Shown here: positions 55,830 through 64,000 of the stretch, piece after piece
Position numbering within the stretch: the first letter of the stretch is position 1
Layout of the letters: every line of letters starts with the position of its first letter
Source: Eledone cirrhosa
Lineage: Eukaryota
Length of the DNA: 64,000 nt
Assembly: GCA_964016885.1 (NCBI GenBank)
Contig: OZ024742.1
Location: 258,044,001 to 258,108,000 of the forward strand
Reading direction: 5' to 3'
Translations under genes and position numbers: made by a program
Notes under the pieces: model-generated
Told to the model about the DNA's origin: nothing
Database searches by the model: none
Seen by the model: only the letters and a program-made list of their open reading frames with translations

Positions 55830-58284
55830 TACCGCATGTTCGACAACAACCAGAAGATGCTGTTTGGACAGCTTGAAGGGAAAGAAAGAGGCAACGACTT
55901 GATCCCTGAGGCGGAACAAACTAAAACATTCTGGAGAGGAATATGGGAGCATGATGTTAAACATAATGACCAGGCAGTGTGGATTGAGACAGTACAGAAG
56001 GAGATTAGTGAACAGGCACACCAACAAACTGATTTGAGTATCACAGTTGAAAGTCTTAAGGGGCAGCACAAAAAAATAACCAACTGGAAATCACCAGGCC
56101 CAGATGGTGTGCAGGAGCATTGGATTAAAAATATAACATCCCTCCACCCGAAACTGACAACCATGTTCAATGACTGCTTGATGTCAGGTGAGGTACCAGA
56201 GTGGTTGACAAAAGGTACCACAGTTCTGGTAATGAAAGACCGAATCAAGGGTAATGATGTTACCAACTATAGACCTATCACATGTCTGTCCGTAATGTGG
56301 AAACTGTTGACAAGCATTATGTCTGAGGAAATCTACCATCACCTCCACACAAACAACTTGTTACCGGACGAACAGAAAGGATGCCGAAAGAAGTCAGGTG
56401 GTACAAAGGACCAGTTACTTATTGATAAGATGGTAATGAGGAATTGCAAGAGGAGACACACTGGTCTTGCCATGGGATGGATAGACTACAAAAAGGCATT
56501 TGACGTGGTGCCTCATTCTTGGATCACCAAAAGCCTGGAGATCTTCAAGGTGGCAGATAACATCAGACAGTTGTTGGGCAAAAGTATGAAGTCCTGGGAA
56601 ACAGAGTTAACATCAACTGGAGAATCCTTGGAGAGCGTGAAGATCATGAGAGGTATCTTCCAGGGAGATAGTCTGTCCCCTCTGTTGTTTGTCATTGCCC
56701 TGATGCCCCTGACCAGTGTACTGCGAAATGTGAGAGCAGGATACAGGTTGGGAAAGGGAGGGCTTACCATCAATCACATCCTTTTCATGGACGATCTTAA
56801 GCTCTTCGGGAAGAGTGAGAAGGAGTCGGATGTGCTTGTTGACACTCCGTATTTTCAGCATTGATATATGTATGCAATTTTCTATTAGTAAGTGCGGAGT
56901 CATTGTGATGAAGAGGGGTAAGTTGAGCAGAAGTAACGGAAGCCAGGTACCAACAGGTGAGATGATAAAGGAAATTGACACTGAAGAAGGATACAAGTAT
57001 TTGGGTGTTCTGGGGGCTGATGACATCAAGAACAAAAAAAATGAGGGAATTGATAACTGAATACATTCGTAGAGTAAGGAGCGTATTAAAGTCACATCTG
57101 AACAGTAGGAATACCATAAGTGCAGTAAATTCCCGAGCAGTGTCTATTATTAGGTACAGTGCGGGAATTCTGAGATGGAATGTTGCTGAACAAAAAGAAA
57201 TGGATAGGAAGACTAGGAAGCTATTGACTATCTACAACATGTTCCACAAGAGGAGTGATGTCGATAGACTATAGTTAAGAGTATCTGAAGATGGAAGAGG
57301 ACTTATCAGCATAGAGAACTGTGTTCAGATGGAGAAAAACAACCTACACAAATACGTGACTGATAGTAAGGAGCCAATGCTCAGAAATGTACTGAAGGAG
57401 GGGACAATAGGCCAGGGGATGTCCAAGGAGGAATAACATCAAGGAGAAAGAGCAGCCTTCAGGAAAAATTCCTTCATAGTACCTTCTTTGAGAAAACTGA
57501 ATTTAGAGATCCACAGACATGGAACTGGTTGAAAATAGGAGACCTTAAAAAGGCTACAGAAGGAATGTTAATGGCTGCGCAGGAGCAGGCCCTCAAAACG
57601 AAGTGGTTGAAAAGCCATATTTACACGGAGGAGGCTAGCCCACTGTGCAGGATCTGTGGAGAGAGGAGACTGTGGCTCACATTGTATCCGATTGTAAACA
57701 CCTAGCCCAGACTCACTATAAAGGCTGGAGACATGATGTGATAGGCAGGGTGATCCACTGGCACCTATGCAAAGTAAACAATTTACCACATTCTGAGAAG
57801 TGGTATGAGCATAAGCCAGAGTCGGTGATAGAAAACGATCAGGTGAAGGTGCTGTGGGATTTTAGGATACAGACGGACAAGAAACTGGAAAACAATAGAC
57901 CTGACCTGGTGGTTGTGGACAAAGAAAAAAGATCGTGCCTGATTGGGGATGTGGCCTGCCCATTCCACACGAGAGTGCAAGAGAAGGAGAGGGAGAAAAT
58001 TAACCGATTCCAGGACTTAAAGTGGGAGGTAAAAAGGATTTGGAACTGCCATGAAGTCAAAGTGATACCGATTGTCATAGGCGCAATAGGGACTATCTCA
58101 AAATGTTTCCAGGGAAGGTTAAAGAAAATTGGCCCCTTCACGCTTTTTGGAACGCTTCAAAAGGCACGCTTGCTGGGAACAGCAAGAACCCTCCGATACG
58201 TACTGAATATCTGAGGCTGCAGGTAGTGGCTTGATATTCATTTCAACAAACTTTCCAGTTAACTAACATCAATCACTCAAAGAA
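55830..58284 (+). mobile_element. R4/Dong-clade non-LTR retrotransposon (RT + CCHC + REL endonuclease), 5'-truncated and frameshifted, flanked by (TAA)n
   Basis: WKSPGPDG, NYRPITCL, WIDYKKAFD, GIFQGDSLSPLLF, LFMDDLKL; CRICG..ETVAHIVSDC; RPDLVVVDK...D.ACP; stop at 58214. (TAA)n at 55779-55830 and 58285-58317. Confidence 0.93.
55836..56864 (+). pseudogene. Reverse transcriptase domain of the R4/Dong element
   Basis: 342-aa open segment with the RT motifs. Continues through frameshifts to 58214. Confidence 0.9.
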
Positions 58285-58285
58285 C

Positions 58286-58319
<34 letters not shown>

Positions 58320-58321
<2 letters not shown>

Positions 58322-60342
58322 GTAGACATTAAGGACAGTGCAGGACAATACAGGACGGTATAAATGGGCATGTCTGCGTGTAAAAAAAAAAACAGAGGAT
58401 GTAACAAAAAAATAACAATGAAAAATTCCCCAATAGGGGGTAGACTACGGAGGGACATTTGTGGAGAAAGCCCATTAAAAGGCCACAGTGACCCTGACCA
58501 CCAAGGCAAGTGCCCTCTCCCAGTTTTCCACCTTTAATTGACAGATGCATACTCAGAGTAGGTCCATTCACTCGGGCCATTCTTGCTTCTCTCACCCATC
58601 TTTCAACAAAATGCTGGGAAGAGAGCACTTCCCTCTCTACTCTGATTTTCCTTTTCAAATGAAATTTGAAAAAAGTCAATCAGGGCATCACCGACGAAGA
58701 GGTAAGTGCTCGTCTTCAGCTCTTTCAAACGTGTCCACTATACTATCTCTTTCGCCATGGTCACCAGGCAGATAAAAACTGCCTATCCTTCCCGGCTAAA
58801 GGGAAAGGGCGGGGCAATCCTCACGATGGACTCACATGATAGCCGGATCCCTCCTGCACGCGACAGCAGGTGTTCGACATAAACCCACAATTCAGCAATG
58901 CTCGGACATAGGACGAGTGCGCGCAGGTCGGATTCGTCGCCCTGCGCGCATCTCGGACATGCCCGGTTGACGGCACCTCCATGCCTGTAGAGTTTATCTC
59001 GAACTGGCAAGGCTCCTCGGTAGCACTGCCAGGCCAGAGATTTCTGGAAGTTATCCATAGGCCCCGGCCCGAAAGTTCTTCCGAAGAGATTGGCTAGTTG
59101 ATTTTCGTCGACGCCTAGAATTTCCCCAAGTACGTCGTCGCTCTTCCCCTCCACTAATCCTCTATAGAACGCCGAGGTGGAGTTTCCACCGATCACATTG
59201 CCAGATTGGTCGAGGGCTGTGATCGCCTGAAGACATTCCAGTCTCCAGGCGCTCCATCTCGGTCTTCGCTTGACCCAGGACTGCAGCTCGTTCAAGGAAA
59301 CGAGCTGGGGAAATTCGTGTCTAGCAAACGGCGACCACACCTGATCACCGTCGAGGAAGAGGTGGACATGTCGTAGCCTGAGCGCATGTCTGCGCATCAT
59401 CAGCCACGGCATTCCCAGCCCTCCACGTAGCGGGTGTTGACAACAGATGGACCGCCTGACCATCGGAGCGCGTCCCTTCCACACAAAGCGAATTGCTCGG
59501 TGTCCGGTTTTCGTCACCATCTTCTTTGCTTCCTGTAATTCCTCATTTGCTATGAGGATGGTTTCCAGGTTCTTTGCGACACGTGCAAACGAAATTGGTT
59601 TTTCTTTGCTGCTGTTGCTGTTGTTGTTGTCGTCGTCAGAGCTGCTGTTACTTTTGTTGTTGCTGCAGGTACTACGACTACTGCCGCCGCCGCTGTTGCT
59701 GCGGTTGTTGTTGTTGTTGCTGCTTCTGCTGTTGTTGTTGCTGTTGCTGCTAATGCTGTTGTTGTTTATGCTGCTGCTGATGCTGTTGCGGCTGCTACTG
59801 TTGTTTTCCTTGTCACTGTTGCTGCTACTGCTGTTATTACGACTGCAGCTGCTATTATTCATAACGGCAGACGAATGAAATGGGTTTTCGTATTTACCGC
59901 ACACCTTTTTCGTCGTTGTCGTCGTCGTGGAGAAATGTTCCATATTTTGCACGTGATTTTTGAAACTATTTTTCTTTACTGGCGTCGCTTGCGAAAGAGA
60001 AGGGAGGGAGAGAGACAAATTTAGAGAAGGGAGAGAGAGAGACAATCTTCTCTCTGCTCTAGTGACGATTGAGGAAGAAGAAGATGGAAAGAGTGGGAGT
60101 GACTTGTGAAAATGATTTTTGGTAGCCATGTTTTTTTGGGTTTAAAATAAATACTGGGCACAAAACCCCAATAAGCGGTTATTTAAACCCGAAGGGCTAA
60201 ATAACGGGCAGAAAGACCCCTCTAACGAGGAGGAGGGGGTTTTTGTCTACAGTTTGGTTAAAGTTTTAAACAATTTACAATTGTTATAGCGGTCATAATT
60301 TACAATACCTCACAGAGCCGAGCCTCCGTCAACCAGGGCATT
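58320..60342 (-). mobile_element. Internally deleted Tx1/L1-like element: ORF1 start fused to ORF2 C-terminus
   Basis: 448-aa ORF 60129-58783 has an N/S-rich N-terminus, then FVWKG...GGLGMP...AWQCYRGALPVRDKL...CPRC...CP (zf-RVT). The remainder continues to ~58540. (TTA)n on both sides. Confidence 0.82.
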
Positions 60343-61004
60343 CAATAATAATAATAATAATAAGAAGAAGAAGAAGAAGATGAAGAAGAAGAAGTGAGAA
60401 TACGCACATGGTGGATAGAGTGTTATGGAATCGCTCCCGTGAGTTTTCAATTTTTTTTACATATTTAAAACAATTGTGATAGAATAATTCTTATTATAAA
60501 TGGGACATGAGACACCAGTCTTACTCTCAGGAAGTGACAACGCATACACTATGGCATAGGGCTCCAATATTTAATATTTAATTTGTATCAGAAATGTTAT
60601 AGTCAAAATATAAAATGGTTACAAATGGTTACATATGGAAGAAAACAACAGCCAAATAATTTCACCACCAACACCACCACCGCCGACACCACCACTACTG
60701 CTACCACAAAATATTTAGTTAGATACAAACCAACAGCAGCAACAACACCATCACTACATTACTACTATCCCATCACCACCGTCACCACAGCATCATCGCT
60801 ACCACCAGTATACCCTCACTACCTCCTGTTAAGAGAGGGAAGGTAGTAGTGCCACGACATATGACTAGAAACGAGGAAGTCACTAAAAGATATAAATAGA
60901 CTGATTTAGTGACCCGGTCAAACAGCTAACAACAACACCATAATAATTATCTCTAAACTCTCGCAAAATGTTTAGTTTAAACAATGTCAGATAATAATAA
61001 TAAT

Positions 61005-61178
61005 TGTTTCTACTTTTTGGCACATGTCCAGTACATTACTGGTACATTATTTTATCGACCCCGTAAGGATGAAAGGCAAAGATGACCTCGGCGGGATTTG
61101 AACTCAGAATGGAAAGGGCCGTAACTCTATGCGTCAAAGCATGACGTCCGACCCTCTACCAATACTGCCAATCCACCA
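61005..61178 (-). mobile_element. Full-length tRNA-derived SINE with TSD
   Basis: TSD tcagataataataataat at ~60987 and ~61179. A and B boxes on the minus strand. Confidence 0.85.
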
Positions 61179-61459
61179 TCAGATAATAATAATAATGATA
61201 AGCAACAAGTAAAAAAATTTAAAAAGAGAACACAGACAAAACAAACGCAACAGCAAAAGAAAAACAAATTTCAAAAATTTGGAACGCAACAAACCCTACT
61301 TCCCCGATTCTAAAACCAAAACAAGCAGCAGCAGCAACAACAACACTAGTGACCAAAGTTACTGGCCTTGAAAAACAAAAAGGAAAAAAAACCCAAACAT
61401 TACATTGAAACCTATGTTTATTTTTTAAAGTTTTTATTTATTTATTTGTTTATTTATTT

Positions 61460-62846
61460 ATGTTCGTCTACAGTGTGATGGTGCGACGCTAAAATCACCG
61501 GGGGGGGGGACACCGGTGGTTATGTAACCATACATTCACCAATCCTCGATATGAGTGTCTAAATGTCGAACCTAAACATTTCGAATAACGGTGAAAGACT
61601 GGAACGTCATGTGAAAGACTCTCACCCAGCAAGTGGTCCCTGCCCCAGCAGCAGAGACCTGGCTGTCATCCAAATACTGCTGGTGTTGGAGGAAGAAGAA
61701 GAGGGAAAGGGACGAGAACCAACTGGGCGAAAGGATTGAATAGAACTGTCATGAAATGCTACCTGAAGAGTAACCCCATGGAAAAAGGCTACAGGAACCG
61801 GATGCTTCAGATCTGGAACAAGATTGGTCTATTTAAATTAGATGAAAAAAAATTGGCCAGGGAGGCTCGGGTAATAAGAACTAATGGGTGGATAAGCGAG
61901 TTGGAACTGGAGGACCTGAGCAGAGAGATTAAGTTGGAAATTGAGAGTGGAGTATGTCAGGAAAACGAGCCAGTGGGAAATGAAGGTGAAGAGGTTGAGT
62001 GACCTAAGGAAGGATCCGACGAAGCAGACAATGATCTGAATGCTGAAGTAAATATCATCTGGAACAAAGATACGGCCATTGAGGAAATGAATGCTGACGG
62101 GCTAGAACAGGATTTGGTTGATATCCTGAAGTTAGTGGTAGATGAAATGAACAATGATAGTGGAAAACCTATGAACCTAAGATTTGGAGACAGGAAAAGT
62201 TAAAAGAAACAACAGCTAAGGTAATCAAAATCATCCTATACCTCGATGCGAGGAACCTTCACCAATGCAACAATATCCTCAAAGCAAACGCAAATGCGGT
62301 GAGGAAATTAGTTGGCATAAAAACCAGAGGAAACAACAAACAAAAAAGATCAGAACCTTGGTGGAAGAAACGACTTAATGGTCAAATCAAGGAAATGAGA
62401 AAAGACATTGGAAAGCTTGAGTCCCTACTGAAATAGACATTACAAAACATAGACACTAAAGATAAATTCGAAATAAATTACAAAACTAGTGCTGAATATT
62501 ATCATAGAGGAACTGAAGCAACGCATTGTAGCAAAAAGTGCAAAAAATAGGCGGTATGAGAACAGAGTCAGTCAGTATAGACAGAACCGCATGTTTGACA
62601 ACAATCAGAAGATGTTGTTTGGACAGCTTGAAGGGAAAGAATGAGGCAACGACGTGATCCCTGAGGCGGAACAGACTAAGACATTCTGGAGAGGAATATG
62701 GGAGCAGGATGTTGAAAATAATGGTCAGGCAGTGTGGATTGAGACAGTTGAAAAGGAGATTAGTAAACAGGCACACCAACAATTTGAGTATCCCAGTTGA
62801 AAGTCTTAAAGGGCAGACCAAAAAACTAACCAACTGGAAATCACCG
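61460..62846 (+). mobile_element. 5' portion of a second R4/Dong-family copy, 3'-truncated
   Basis: NRTVMKCYLKSNPMEKGYRNRMLQIW...IRTNGWISELELE N-terminal domain. 62586-62845 is highly similar to 55830-56097. Confidence 0.85.
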
Positions 62847-63184
62847 TCCATCCCACGCCTCCCAAGATAGGTCACTAGCCAATCACCTGATTTTGGCGCC
62901 ATGAAATGAATATAGATTTTTCGAACCGACCTCTCAAACTAAGGCCAGAATACGTCCCTTGTTAAAACATTCAAAGGACAAGACGATATCGTTCTTTTTT
63001 GTACTTCTTACCATATTCCAGTTTTGTCGGCCCTATTTCTGCCAATCAACAATTTGATACTTTCTCAAACTCCGGAATACTAGACTTTTTTATAGGAGTC
63101 TTTTACTCACCGCATCAAGGCTACATCTCTGCCTGGTTTGAGTTTTCTTGGGATCTATAAATGTCAACAGCTGATCCATCTAGT

Positions 63185-63226
63185 AGTCTACCACTGTTGT
63201 TTCGTGGTTACGTATTCGTCAGGCTG
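63185..63226 (-). ncRNA. Degenerate hammerhead motif (family L)
   Basis: Minus strand: agc CTGACGA atacgtaaccac GAAA caacagtgg TA gact. Core intact, stems weak. Confidence 0.45.
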
Positions 63227-63399
63227 TTGCTCGCTTACATCGCAGCAAGCTATCATATCTAGCGGTTGTTTTCCAATCTTCCACCTGCGATCAGTTCTCG
63301 TGCAGAGCAGGTTTTACATATGCCTAAGCTGCTCCACTTGTGCCGAGCTGTAAACCCTTTTGAATCAGGCTTACCAAGAATGATTTTCCAACTTTCCTC

Positions 63400-64000
63400 A
63401 TAAATATACTAATACCGAATGGTGATTTATACCGCAAGTTCCTAATTGACGGCGTCTTTTGACAGACGAATAAAATAGTGCACAAATATCTCGACCGTAG
63501 GAAAATGAAGATACATATCGAGGACGAAATACCTTCAACATCGATTTTGGTCAAAACGTACAGAAGCCCTCCACACAACATTTTACTAGGTAACGTCGAG
63601 GTTGACCTAATCAATACGGTTAAAATCACTAAATTTCAGCAGAGAAACCTATATATGAAATCCTTCTTATAAGATGTTGACTCTACTGTCTGAAATCTCA
63701 AGAAACAAATACATCATCTGGTAATGACTGACAAATCTAAAAATAAATATAGTGTTGATTCTGCAATTTATAAATCATTCATATATATATATAAATTAAC
63801 AATTGAGAACTATAGAAAAACAACTAATGAAAACCTCGATGATACCCACAAAAATCTCACATTTACATTAAAGGACCACATGGTTGTCTTTAATAATGAC
63901 CCTTCTATCAAGCTAATATGCCCATTAACTTCTGACATTAGTAAGACCAGTAAAGGTCCTTTAGACTGGATTATCCCTGATCTGAAATATAAACTAAGCT
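63400..64000 (+). mobile_element. PLE RT N-terminal remnant running off the window end
   Basis: MTDKSKNKY; FTLKDHMVVFNNDPSIKLICPLTSDISKTSK, homologous to LKDHKVDFNYNPTYRL at ~46790. Confidence 0.7.

Overview
AT-rich eukaryotic, repeat-saturated intergenic or intronic DNA. The (TA)n/(CA)n/(AAT)n load and the tRNA-derived SINE families suggest a cephalopod, probably Octopus (inference). No host protein-coding gene can be supported, and the many IYIY/CVCV/poly-H/D/N ORFs are microsatellite translations. Recognisable mobile elements are: Penelope-like elements (PLEs; RT and GIY-YIG fragments), two pieces of an R4/Dong-type RT+REL retrotransposon, Tx1/L1 pieces, RTE and CRE fragments, a Helitron-type 3' end, and two SINE families. 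The main signal not visible in the ORF track is RNA-level. By manual reading I find about 25 type I hammerhead ribozyme (HHR) motifs (CUGAnGA...GAAA...UH, mostly with tiny or palindromic stem III) in about 12 sequence families. They sit in short, mostly non-coding tandem or inverted repeat modules embedded in (TA)n tracts (PLE pLTRs or retrozyme-like units), including a 431-nt tandem unit bounded by two intact ribozymes. Several fold-back palindromes are centred on (TA)n tracts, the largest with near-identical arms of about 740 bp. Coordinates were read by eye and may be off by a few bases.
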